Shown in pieces: positions 23,681 to 35,322 of a stretch of DNA of 41,860 nucleotides (position 1 is its first letter; every line of letters starts with the position of its first letter). Below the pieces are notes generated by a model. The model saw nothing but the letters and a program-made list of their open reading frames with translations. It ran no database searches and was not told the DNA's origin. Where the stretch lies: NCBI RefSeq assembly GCF_001194135.2, contig NC_069006.1, forward strand, positions 12,832,544 through 12,874,403, read 5' to 3'. Both the position numbers and the translations under genes were made by a program. The DNA is from Octopus bimaculoides (taxonomy: Eukaryota).

Positions 23681-26291
23681 TGCCAAATAATCTGCACGAT
23701 GCATGAATAGGATGTGGTAAATACAGCGACAACAGTTACCACGAGAAGTAACCAACTTGAGAATGTCATGTTACAGGTGAATTTTAGAGACCAATATGAA
23801 TGAAGATAGTAGGCTACAAAATCTGTACAGATGGCAAGAAATACATACTCTGCCATTATTTTCTATCTAGTTAAAAGTAGATTCAAATGGTAGGAACGAA
23901 CTAGACAAAGAGTGCATTAAATTAATTATTTAGAAATATTAATAAGTTTAAATGATTTAAGATTCTGAAATTCCTGCGTCAAAAAGATGAGACTAATTCT
24001 ATTGGTTACCGTTTTTTTTGGTAATTCTACTCAATGTATTTCTCCAACATATTCAATATCTCTAATCTGTATATATACAAGAAACCGCCATTTGTTCGAA
24101 GAGACTGAAGAGTCTTGCTAGGGTGAAAATCTTATGTTAGTGTCACACACACATCAAAATGATTGAATAATAAGAGAAAAACGAAAATGATAAATTAAAT
24201 TTCTTTATATACATTTTAACGAGACTCGGGATATTGCGTCACTGAAACAAAGGAGAAAGAATGAAATAAATGAATCCCTCACGTTTTCACTTGTTATTCA
24301 ATCATTATAAGTCTTCCATGGCTATTACAGCATGAACCAGCATCATTTGCTTGTACACACTTATACATTATCTGGGTGTATATAATGGAATGTCATAGTA
24401 TATATGGAGTTCTAAATAATATTTTATATATTGTGCCTTACAGGGACACATAAAACGCACACNNNNNNNNNNNNNNNNNNNNNNNNNNNNNNNNNNNNNN
24501 NNNNNNNNNNNNNNNNNNNNNNNNNNNNNNNNNNNNNNNNNNNNNNNNNNNNNNNNNNNNNNNNNNNNNNNNNNNNNNNNNNNNNNNNNNNNNNNNNNNN
24601 NNNNNNNNNNNNNNNNNNNNNNNNNNNNNNNNNNNNNNNNNNNNNNNNNNNNNNNNNNNNNNNNNNNNNNNNNNNNNNNNNNNNNNNNNNNNNNNNNNNN
24701 NNNNNNNNNNNNNNNNNNNNNNNNNNNNNNNNNNNNNNNNNNNNNNNNNNNNNNNNNNNNNNNNNNNNNNNNNNNNNNNNNNNNNNNNNNNNNNNNNNNN
24801 NNNNNNNNNNNNNNNNNNNNNNNNNNNNNNNNNNNNNNNNNNNNNNNNNNNNNNNNNNNNNNNNNNNNNNNNNNNNNNNNNNNNNNNNNNNNNNNNNNNN
24901 NNNNNNNNNNNNNNNNNNNNNNNNNNNNNNNNNNNNNNNNNNNNNNNNNNNNNNNNNNNNNNNNNNNNNNNNNNNNNNNNNNNNNNGATGGCATGTTGAA
25001 AACTTAGTGTGGTAGTCCCTAGACCAGTGAATTTATTTCACTTGAAATTTTATAAGTTTTCGACAACGATTTAGCACCGACAGCTAGGAAGGCCAAGCTA
25101 CTCCAGACTGACTGATGAAAGGAAATTACCCTGAAACTAGTCTCTCTGGATGCTGGCTTTGTTGGATGGAGGTGCTTATCTACTCTGTTTGAAAATTTAA
25201 GGATACAGAACGCTTGTGTCGCGGAGCCAACTAGAAACGGTGTTTCTTGGAGCTAAATAACAGTAGCATTCTTCCATTTCCTGGGACTGCCACATTGAGT
25301 TGGCAACAAGCCATCACTTTATCGTGCTACTACTGCATAACTTTCTCTGTAATGAATATTGCCGAATGGAATGTTAGCAGAAATGGATGCATAGTTGCGC
25401 AACAAAATTACCGCTTTAGTTGCAGCTCCTAGTAGTGTTCACGTTAACTCCCCTTCCATAGATTAGTAGAATCTATGGAAGCACGGTTACAGACTGGTCA
25501 ATGAAGATCCAATAGGACCATTAAGTAATATAAAGAACACATCTACTGTGAGAGAAAGAACATGTTGCATGGCTTTGTTATTTTTCTATTTCATCTGTTA
25601 CACATGTTTCTGCGATCGATAATCGATGGTGGCAAGAAATACGATTTACAATTTGCCATCATCAGTTATTGATCGCAAAAATGTGTGTAACTGAGGAAAT
25701 AGAGGAATGCCAAATTCATGTTTTTTTCTCTAACACACACACACACTCACATACGAGCGCAAACACACACATATAAGCAGAGAGTATAAAACGTTTTTAC
25801 ACAGAAACTCACATGCAAGCATATTTCTTGTTGTGTAAACACAAATCGAACTGATTGGCCGATACATACACATGCGTATGATTCTTTTATAATTTTATAT
25901 AATGCGCATATACACGCAACGTTGCACACTTGTACACATTTATGCACACATACACAAAAATGCATTTGATTTAAAAGATATCAATTATGATGTCTTTTGT
26001 GAGGTCCAGTTGAGCAACCAGTGACACAGCAATCAGATAAACAAACCCACAAGAAGTCGACTTCGTTTCTATAGAGAGAACAAAACAAATTTGACAGCTC
26101 CGAGGTGAACCACTTTGATGACAACAAAAGGCGGGAGACGAACCTGAAATTGCACTTAGAGACACCGAGACATTAATGTAATGAACGTATACAGCTGAAT
26201 GAGTGAATAGCTTGATATGGAATTATATATATGTGCGTGTGTGTATGTATATTTTATATATATATATATGCATACACATACGCATACGCAT

Positions 26292-26328
<37 letters not shown>

Positions 26329-26439
26329 CACACACACACATTTAAATCTGCATATGTGTGTCAGTGTGTGTGTGTATGTATATTATATAAATATATGCAT
26401 ATATACATACATATATGTACATACCTACATATATATATA

Positions 26440-26830
26440 TAATTAAAAAATAGGGTAAAAAATCATATATTAATTAATATCGGTTAATTACCAGGAAGCT
26501 AGCACATTTAAAGAATCAAAGAGATTCAGAAACAGTATCTGCAATCTCAGGGGATTAAAGTACATTTTTATATATGACGTTGACCACTAACGTGGACATT
26601 CAATGTGCTAGAAATAGATCACATCTTGTGTCTAATAAGACCTAAATTGTTCTCAACATGAAATATAGCGTGATACCAAAACGTAAGCGTGCAAGACATT
26701 TAAAATCACCGAAAAAAATTATTATTAAACAGAGACCGGTTTCAAAATTTAACAATCTTACCGACTGTCTATTTCTCTTCAGCCTGATTTGTAATGCAAC
26801 CATAATCATCAGAACCCCATAGGACATTGA
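26440..26830 (-). mobile_element. Penelope-like pLTR remnant carrying a hammerhead motif
   Basis: Bounded by (TA)n tracts and contains the hammerhead core listed next; no RT or GIY-YIG ORF visible. Confidence 0.55.
26730..26786 (-). ncRNA. Minimal type I hammerhead ribozyme motif
   Basis: CAGG-CUGAAGA-[stem II GAAAU.GACAGUC-GGUAA-GAUUGUU..AUUUU]-GAAA-CCGG-UC^UCUG; palindromic ACCGGU stem III; 4-bp stem I. Confidence 0.7.
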
Positions 26831-26837
26831 ATATATA

Positions 26838-27590
26838 TATATATGTATATATACATGCATATATGGGTACAGGACATCAAAACACGTAGACAAAATGAGA
26901 AACGTGAACATAAAAAACAAAAACATAGAAAACGAACTTTTTTTTCGAACAACGAAAAAACGAACAGAGAAACAAGACATGCAACATAAAGAACACTCCC
27001 TTCATCAATCGTCCCCTGTTCTATCTACTCCGTGTTTCGAAGGTAAGGACAAGGCGCGTCTTCGTTAAAAGTCCTTCCGGCAAAGCAAATTAAATAAAAT
27101 TGGGGATTTTTTGCGGAGGGTGAAAGTGGTAACAAAAACAGGACAGTAAAAACAACTGGTGAGGGCTATTAGGCCAAGTCGATGTGAGGTGGTGAGCGCT
27201 GGAAAAACGAGAAGAGACAGATAAAAGCACGTCTTGTCTTTAGGAAGGAAGTGGAAGAAAGATGGATGGCCGTTTGTCAGGTGTGAGCAACGAGAGAGTC
27301 AAGGAGGAAGAGATAGAGAGATAGAGGGAACGGTGAAGGGGAGAGGAGAAGAATAGGGAAAGGGTGGGAGAGAAAAACAGAAAGGAAAAAGAACAAGAGA
27401 GGAAGCTAGATAGACAGAAAAGAGATAGAAAGAGTGCGCATCGTAATAAGATAAAACTTACTTGGAAAAGGATGCATGGCGTTCGATCATATAATAATAC
27501 TATATAAATATATGCATATATACATACATATATGTACATATCTACATATATATGTATATATACATGCATATATGGGTACAGGACATCAAC
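26838..27590. mobile_element. Penelope-like or unclassified repeat with partial tandem terminal repeat
   Basis: ATATATGTATATATACATGCATATATGGGTACAGGACATCAA at about 26839-26881 and 27548-27590; a truncated third copy at 31795-31880. Confidence 0.5.
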
Positions 27591-27649
27591 TCCAGCTCCG
27601 GCGGCCAGTGAAGTGAAGACAGTGAAGACAGGGCGTAGGAAAACAATGG

Positions 27650-28466
27650 ATATTGTCGAATGGACTGTTAGACTCCTACATCCAACCACCACACTATTCA
27701 CAAACCTGACACAGAAAATACACCACTTCAATAAAACCTTCCCACATCTACCATTCTGTCATCGACATCAGTAAAGATTTCGACGTCTTTCCTTGTTATA
27801 CACTCGAACAAAACATACTAAACACCATCTTTACCAAACTCTGGTGATATATGTTAACGGTTAGTTTAGCAAAGCAATGTCGTTCTAGAATTTGTAACTT
27901 ACCGATTGAAATACGTAGGGATCCATCCTCTGGAACTATATCTACACGTATTTCCCACACTCCCACAAAACACGCAGCAACAGCCACATATGCAGACGAC
28001 ATACTACTCCAACCCTGTTAAAATCACCAAGAAACATGGCTTCACATCAACAGACTTGGCATCGATCAAATCAACTGACTTCCTCCTTACCAGCAACACT
28101 AAAGAACATCGAACACAACCATCTTTCATACTAAATATCATGAACATACCCGATAGAAACAGATAGGGGGAGTGGGGAGACAAAAAATTGCCAGGATTTG
28201 ATCGTCTTTCTCCGAATTCTCAAAGACAACCCAATGGAATAAAACTATGTACAAACATATTGAGAACGATCAAAACTCCCACATTTAACCAACAGAAATA
28301 GACAGCAGCAATGATGTATAGACAAATGCATTAACTTCATCCTGGGCTGTATGTCCATAACATCTAGGCCACAACTTCACCACTTCAAACTCCAATAAAC
28401 TAGAAAGACTACAAATTAACACACGAGACATCAACAAAATCCAATTAGTAAAAATGAAACATCAAA
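27650..28466 (+). mobile_element. Decayed non-LTR reverse transcriptase (RTEX-like, tentative)
   Basis: HPTTTLFTNLTQKI, VIDISKDFD and TYADDILL (YADD at about 27989-28000); many stops and frameshifts. Confidence 0.7.
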
Positions 28467-28479
28467 AGAGTTTGTTGTA

Positions 28480-28697
28480 GAAACGTTAGCACGCCGGGCG
28501 AAATGCTTAGCGGTATTTCGTCTGCCGTTACGTTCTGAGTTCGAATTCCGCCGAGGTCGACTTTGCCTTTCATTCTTTCGGGGTCGATAAATTAAGTACC
28601 AGTTACGCACTGGGGTCGATGTAATCGACTTAATCCCTTTGTCTGTCCTTGTTTGTTCCCTATATGTTTAGCCCCTTGTGGGCAATAAAGAAATAAG
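28480..28697 (+). mobile_element. SINE family B (A-type body plus AATAAA-containing tail)
   Basis: Starts GAAACGTTAGC, ends GGGCAATAAAGAAATAAG; 13-bp TSD AGAGT(T/C)TGTTGTA (28467-28479, 28698-28710). Confidence 0.9.
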
Positions 28698-29409
28698 AGA
28701 GTCTGTTGTAACAAGCTTCATCTGTTCCTCCCCGCCAGACCCTGTTGTTACATGAAAAACAACCTCCCATGCCTCAGATAATAACAACACCCTAAAACAC
28801 TATTTTAAATACTGTCTCTCCTACTCAGTCTGAACAAGCACAAGAAAAACATTTATACAAAAATAAGTCAGCCACCCCCCCGCCCCAACACTGAGTTTGG
28901 ATGCAGAACATCAGGGTGCAGAGAAGTAACAACTGTTGCACTTTGAGTCCACTCGCTGAGGTCACCGTTAGTAGAATCTATGAGAAGAACAAACTACAAT
29001 TTTTAGAGTGGCATGGAACACAGTGGGGATCAGAGGGTTGTAATTGATTTCCAACTTATCTATCCCCTCATCATCAACAAAAAATCTAAGACTAGAAGAC
29101 TGCGTTTATTTAGAATAAAGAGCAAAGAGAGTTGACAGTTCATAGCTGGCTGCTGGCCATAAATTTTGTACTCTCACAATTACCCCTCAACCCACAAGAA
29201 AAAGAAACAAAACTTTAGAAAGAGTCAATTAGATAGTAGTAAATGCCTATAAAAGAGGTTGGGTAGGGGTAACATTAATTCATGATACTGTTACCAGTTA
29301 AAGGAGCATACACTATGAATCTTAGGATGCTACAATGAGATCCATAAAAACATTAGGGGCTCAGAGCGATAACGTTTATAAACAAATATTAGTGCATCTT
29401 TGTTAAAAA

Positions 29410-29592
29410 TCAGCTCCTTTCGAGGAAAAATTCAAAAGATCGTTTGGGGAAGGGGGCTAGTCGGTTACATCGACCTCAGTGCTCAACCTGTACTTATTTC
29501 ATTGATCCCGAAACGAGTAAAAGCAAAGTTGACCTCGGACGAAATGCTGCTAAGCATTTTATCCGGTGTGCTGTCGATTCTTCCAGCTCGCC
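29410..29592 (-). mobile_element. SINE family A with internal deletion
   Basis: GCAAAGTTGACCTCGG...GCTAAGCATTT...CCAGCTCGCC. Confidence 0.8.
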
Positions 29593-30151
29593 ACGAGAAA
29601 GAAGAATTTAAACAAAAAACCCAGAAGAAAGACACTGTCGAACGAGATTACATTCTGGTGACTGTACCAAATAAAATATTAAGTCTCTCTCTACGACAAA
29701 ACACCAGTTTGTCACCTGTTACTAACCACATCACCCACTACCACCACCACCACCACCACCAGTCACATCTCGGCGGTTCCTAAAAAATGTCGAACTTGTC
29801 AGTCAATACTAGTGTTTTTTTCAAATTTGAAAGATTTTCTTCCACCATGCCCTCATAAACATGTCGAGAACTACGTGCACGTATATAACATATTACATGA
29901 AAACAAAGGAATAGGCAGTTGATCTGAGTGGTATGTGTGTGTAAGTGCGTGTTTGTGTGTATACGAATGTGTGCGTGCGTGTCTGCAAAATCCGCGCGCG
30001 CGCGCAGCGTCTAATCTCGATGTCACACGGTGTCGGCCAACCTGACATTAAACCATAAAATGTGAGCTCTTCTGACGTTGTAAAATAGAAAATTCGATCC
30101 GAGTTAATGTTCACGAGTCAACGGTGTCTTGGCTTCACATAAAATATAGAA

Positions 30152-30196
<45 letters not shown>

Positions 30197-30542
30197 GCGC
30201 GTGTGTGCGCGCTCGCGCTCGTTTGTGTGTGTGTGAATGTGTATGTAGATAGATAGATACGCATACGTATATACATATATGCGTGTATCTCTATATATGT
30301 GTATGCATACATGAAATATAATATATATATATATATATATATACATACACACTTACACATTATATATGTGTGTGTGCATGAGAGAGTGTTTGTGTGTGCG
30401 TGTGTGTATATATATATGTATACATACACACACATATATATATAATATAAAATATATATATAAGCATACGTATGTACATATATGTGTGTATCTCTATATA
30501 TGTGACTATATATGATATATGTGTATGCATATATGAAATATG

Positions 30543-30618
<76 letters not shown>

Positions 30619-31662
30619 ATATCATTAATAAATTTATAAAATTATCAATAATATTCACAGGAAATCANNNNNNNNNNTATCATTAATAAATTTATAAAAT
30701 TATCAATAATATTCACAGGAAATCAATATTCAAATTTCGAAAGATATATGTCTAATATGACATGGTAATATTTTGAATTATAATTAAATTAAAATTTAAG
30801 ATATACGAAATATAAATATAAATATATATAAATGTACATAAAAATACATTTGTATATAAATGCATATAAAAATTTATGCGTAATTGAGCATAAATATTAT
30901 AAAATCTAAAAATTAAAAAATTAATGATATAAAAACACACATTATATATATATTTTTTTGCTCAAAATAATAGAGCACTTAATATAAGTTCAGTAACATA
31001 TTCTTTTAGAATATTCCTTATAAAATTTATATATATATATACATATATAAACAAAATTAAGGGTTCAGCAACAGGTTGCTTCACCAAATACCGAAGTTCA
31101 GAAATAGCAGCTAAAAATGCTGAAACTCCAACAGATAGCAGTTACCTGCAACTCACATAGGCAAAACAAGAAGAAAAATAACGAACTAAACTAGCCATAG
31201 TTAATCAGACATGTTTCTGGTTTAGGAGCATAAAAACTCTTCNNNNNNNNNNNNNNNNNNNNNNNNNNNNNNNNNNNNNNNNNNNNNNNNNNNNNNNNNN
31301 NNNNNNNNNNNNNNNNNNNNNNNNNNNNNNNNNNNNNNNNNNNNNNNNNNNNNNNNNNNNNNNNNNNNNNNNNNNNNNNNNNNNNNNNNNNNNNNNNNNN
31401 NNNNNNNNNNNNNNNNNNNNNNNNNNNNNNNNNNNNNNNNNNNNNNNNNNNNNNNNNNNNNNNNNNNNNNNNNNNNNNNNNNNNNNNNNNNNNNNNNNNN
31501 NNNNNNNNNNNNNNNNNNNNNNNNNNNNNNNNNNNNNNNNNNNNNNNNNNNNNNNNNNNNNNNNNNNNNNNNNNNNNNNNNNNNNNNNNNNNNNNNNNNN
31601 NNNNNNNNNNNNNNNNNNNNNNNNNNNNNNNNNNNNNNNNNNNNNNNNNNNNNNNNNNNNNN

Positions 31663-31706
<44 letters not shown>

Positions 31707-32204
31707 CATATATATATAATATAAATAATATATATATATATATAAGCATATATACATACATACATATACATACTTACATATAATGTATATACATATGCAT
31801 ATATGGATACAGGACGTCAAAAAATGTGAACAACATGAAAAACGAGAACATGAAATACAAAAACATGGGAAACGAAGTTAGATAGATATACATATATACA
31901 TACATCTCTGTGTGTGTGTGTATGTGTGTGTGTGTGTATTTCACTTAGGCATAACGAGACTAATAACCTGGTGTAGAACTCATTATACGCATGGCCCAGA
32001 ACACAATGTTAGATGAGTATAGAGTAGTAATAGAAATAAAGAGACGACACCGAAAAAAACAAAAAAAACAAAGGTTATGCAATGAATTTCATTAGCTTAC
32101 ATGCATGTATGTATGTATGTATGTATGTATGTGTAAATTAATGTAGTGCCCGTCGGAAATAACGAGGTGTGTTTGTATTTGTGTACCGCAAACATGTAGA
32201 CAAA

Positions 32205-32680
32205 ATTTGCCTAATTATTTGTTGTAACACACAGGAAGATTGAAATATGTAAAGCAGAAGTACAAGCAACACTATTGCACGGCGGAGAATCATGGACCTT
32301 ATATTACAGAGAGATAAGACAATTAGACAGTTTCCATCTTCGCTATGTTCACAAATTCTATAAAGATCAAGTGTCAGGACATGATACCTGATACAGAGGT
32401 CCTCTCTCGTAAAAGTATTTGTTTGTAGCCATTACTAATGAGATACCGCAGTTGCTGGTATGGCCACGTGGCTTGGACGCAAATGACTGCATTCCCAAAG
32501 CAATCGAGTGAGAAGCATTCTGTTTGATCAACCGTTTAAACTGTGAAACGAAGTCTGAAGATGGACGAAATTATGACCTCATTCACAGATTCAGCGAATG
32601 ATTACGATGAGCGGAGAGTTCTCTTCGAGCAAATGCTCATGTTGAGACCATTGCAGAGAAAAGAAAGAAGGGGAAACAAC
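32205..32680 (+). mobile_element. Decayed RTE/BovB-type LINE C-terminal fragment
   Basis: LHGGESWTLYYREIRQLDSFHLR, QDMIPDTEVLSR and WYGHVA. Confidence 0.85.
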
Positions 32681-32705
32681 GCACAAAGACACCAAAATTG
32701 ATTAA

Positions 32706-32923
32706 CCCTTTAGCGTTCAGATTAATTTTCAAAAGTAATCCTTATTTATTCACATTAAAAAAATTTATCTGGTATTATTTTGTAGCTTCAAGATAGGAAA
32801 TATGTAATTGCTTATTTTTAGAAAGACATTGTAGGGTAGGTGTGAGATGCTGGTTCTGGCCAGTTTGAACATAAAATGTGTAGAATATTTGGGCCGGATA
32901 CAGCCAGTTTAAACACTAAAGGG
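32706..32923. mobile_element. piggyBac-type MITE
   Basis: TTAA|CCCTTTAGCGTT...AACACTAAAGGG|TTAA; internal homology to 40923-41153 and 39290-39466. Confidence 0.85.
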
Positions 32924-33095
32924 TTAAAATTGAAACCCGTTCACTTTTCTTTCTGTTTGTGTTTTAATTTCTCATGCCCACTCTTGAATACGCGCTCGCG
33001 CACGCACACACGGAGTATATGTGCAAATATGTGTGTGTGTGTATGTTGATCTTACTATCACAGAACAGTACACTATATATGTATATATATATATA

Positions 33096-33349
33096 TTGTT
33101 GTATTTCGGGACGGTCATTTAAATTTTTTTTGCCAAATAAACACACGCACTGTATATATATTTTTCTTCACTCGTTTATTACTGTTCTTATTTAATTATT
33201 TTAACTCATGTCCAATGTCCGGAAACCTTTCGCCGCACATCTGTGACCGCTTCAGCGACACTTTTCGTTTTCGTGTGTGTTCTTGCTCCACTTACTCCAT
33301 TCTGTTCTTCTAAGATGTGTATCCTTATGTGCCCATGCGTTTGTGTCCT

Positions 33350-33389
<40 letters not shown>

Positions 33390-33736
33390 CTTGTGTGTGT
33401 GTCATAGTTTTTAGCAGCAGTGTGGCCTTCCCCTCAATCATACGTACGCACATACATACACACACACGCACACATACACACAAACAAGGATACAAACGCA
33501 TGGGCACATAAGGATACACATCTTAAAAGAACAGAATGGAAGTAAGTGGAGCAAGAACACACACGAAAATGAAAAGTGTCGCTGAAGTGGTGACAGATGT
33601 GCGACGAAAGATTTCCGGACAATGGACATGAGTTAAATAAATAAGATCAGTAATAAACGAGTGAAGAAAAATATATATACAGTGCGTGTGTTTATTTGGC
33701 AAAAAAAATAAGAATGACCGTCCCAAAATACTACAA
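33096..33736. repeat. Long inverted repeat (about 270-bp arms, about 100-bp spacer), probably inverted Penelope-like pLTRs
   Basis: 33096-~33365 is the reverse complement of ~33465-33736, roughly 90% identical by eye. Confidence 0.9.
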
Positions 33737-33865
33737 AATCTGTTTCAACACACGATTTCACATCAGGAATCTTGCAAAACGAATTGATAAACGTATATTA
33801 TACACACACATATACACACCATATAATAAATCTCTGAACGTGGTATAAACAGTAGCTGCACGACA

Positions 33866-33956
33866 ACGTGAAGTATGTTTGCCACTTAAATGTGGCTAAC
33901 CACTAGCATCCACCATTAGAGGTTAGCCACATTTAAGTGGCAAATATACTTCACGT
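33866..33956. repeat. Near-perfect 36-bp hairpin
   Basis: ACGTGAAGTATGTTTGCCACTTAAATGTGGCTAACC, 19-nt loop, then its reverse complement with one G:T pair. Confidence 0.9.
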
Positions 33957-34231
33957 ATATNNNNNNNNNNNNNNNNNNNNNNNNNNNNNNNNNNNNNNNN
34001 NNNNNNNNNNNNNNNNNNNNNNNNNNNNNNNNNNNNNNNNNNNNNNNNNNNNNNNNNNNNNNNNNNNNNNNNNNNNNNNNNNNNNNNNNNNNNNNNNNNN
34101 NNNNNNNNNNNNNNNNNNNNNNNNNNNNNNNNNNNNNNNNNNNNNNNNNNNNNNGTTATTTTTTGTATATTCTCCCATATATATATATGTATATGAATGT
34201 AGACAATATATAAAATAAATATATATAACTT

Positions 34232-34406
34232 GAGTTCTCGGATTGCAGCCATGCTGGGGCACCGCCTTCAAAGTGTTTACTCAAACAAATTGACACAATT
34301 ATTTGCTTTTTAAAGTTTGGTACCTATTCTATCGGTCTCTTTTGCCGAATCTCTAGATTGCGAGATGTAAATAAACCAACACCGGTTGTCAAGCGGTTGT
34401 GAGGGA

Positions 34407-34415
<9 letters not shown>
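34232..34415 (-). mobile_element. SINE family C, 3' part
   Basis: GCAGCCATGCTGGGGCACCGCC...TATCGGTCTCTTTTGCCGAA...GGTTGTCAAGCGG. Confidence 0.75.
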
Positions 34416-34439
<24 letters not shown>

Positions 34440-34559
34440 GGCAGCTATGCGCAATATAAAACCAAAAAAGAAAAATTCAATTGTCACCAATTGTGACTGA
34501 GGGTGCCGGGTAGCACCTATATTGCTAGAAATAAGAGCCACAATACTCAGACAGACATA

Positions 34560-35135
34560 AAAGTATACACGGTATACAATGAAAAGAAGGGACATATACA
34601 GAGCATACAAAGGTTTAAAGAAAAAAAGTAGGGAGGACGATAAAAATGTAGCTCTCTTGAGACAGGAAGGCCTCTAAAGATTTCCCTGAAACCCTATGAG
34701 AAAGTGCCCTCTCCAATTCCTTCTCTCCGACTTAGAGTTCTACACTTAGAGAGGTACCATCCACTCTTGCCATTTTCTGAACTTTCACCCACCTTTCAAT
34801 AAACTCACTCAAGGACAGCACTTCATTCTCCGTCCTCTACCAAAGAGGAATGTATCCGTCCTCATGCCTTTCAGCCTTGTCCACCAAACAACCTCTTTCG
34901 CCGCAGCCACCAGGCAAAGGAAAACTGCCTTGCCTGCCCAATTGAAGGATGGCGGAGGGTCATTCATCACTACAGACTCGGCCGACAGACAGATCCGTCC
35001 CACACGTGACAGCAGCTGTTCGACATAACCCCACAAGTCTGCAATGCCTGGGCATTGCTGACTAGTGGAAGCATGGTACCGTAGGCTGCAGGCAGCAAGC
35101 CCGCTACGCATGCGAGACTCCAGGAGTTCCAACAA
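34560..35135 (-). mobile_element. L1/Tx1 3' fragment (ORF2 C-terminus plus 3'UTR)
   Basis: QCPGIADLWGYVEQLLSRVGRI...VFLCLVAAAKEVVWWTR and SEFIERWVKVQKMARVDG*, stop at 34732-34734. Confidence 0.8.
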
Positions 35136-35179
35136 AACCTGAGATAAAAAGATAATAATAATAATAATGATAGTAATTA

Positions 35180-35322
35180 TTTCTTTACTGCCCACAAGGG
35201 GCTAAACATGGAGGGGACAAACGGATTAAGTCGATTACATCGATCCCAGTGCATAACTGGTACTTATTTAATCGACCCCGAAATGATGAAAGGCAAAGTC
35301 GACCTCGGCGGAATTTGAACTC
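35180..35322 (-). mobile_element. SINE family B, cut by gap
   Basis: Tail GTTTAGCCCCTTGTGGGCAGTAAAGAAAATAA. Confidence 0.85.

Noticed and set aside
25971-26080. TSCGFVYLIAVSL as the DJ-1 last exon
   Set aside because: It lacks the invariant SRGPG and the upstream YSE.RV; similarity is at chance level.
26995-27050. Permuted hammerhead (CGAAAC ... TGATGAAG) on the minus strand
   Set aside because: The core has a C3 mutation and the only good pairing sequesters G8/A9; no valid topology.
29790-29870. LKKTLVLTD resembling the DJ-1 C-terminus
   Set aside because: The upstream frame has no DJ-1 motifs.
30617-30727. Exact ~50-bp direct repeat
   Set aside because: It straddles a 10-N gap and is most likely an unmerged contig overlap.
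32554-32575. CTGAAGA...GAAA motif
   Set aside because: It lies inside the RTE coding remnant and no stem II is possible.
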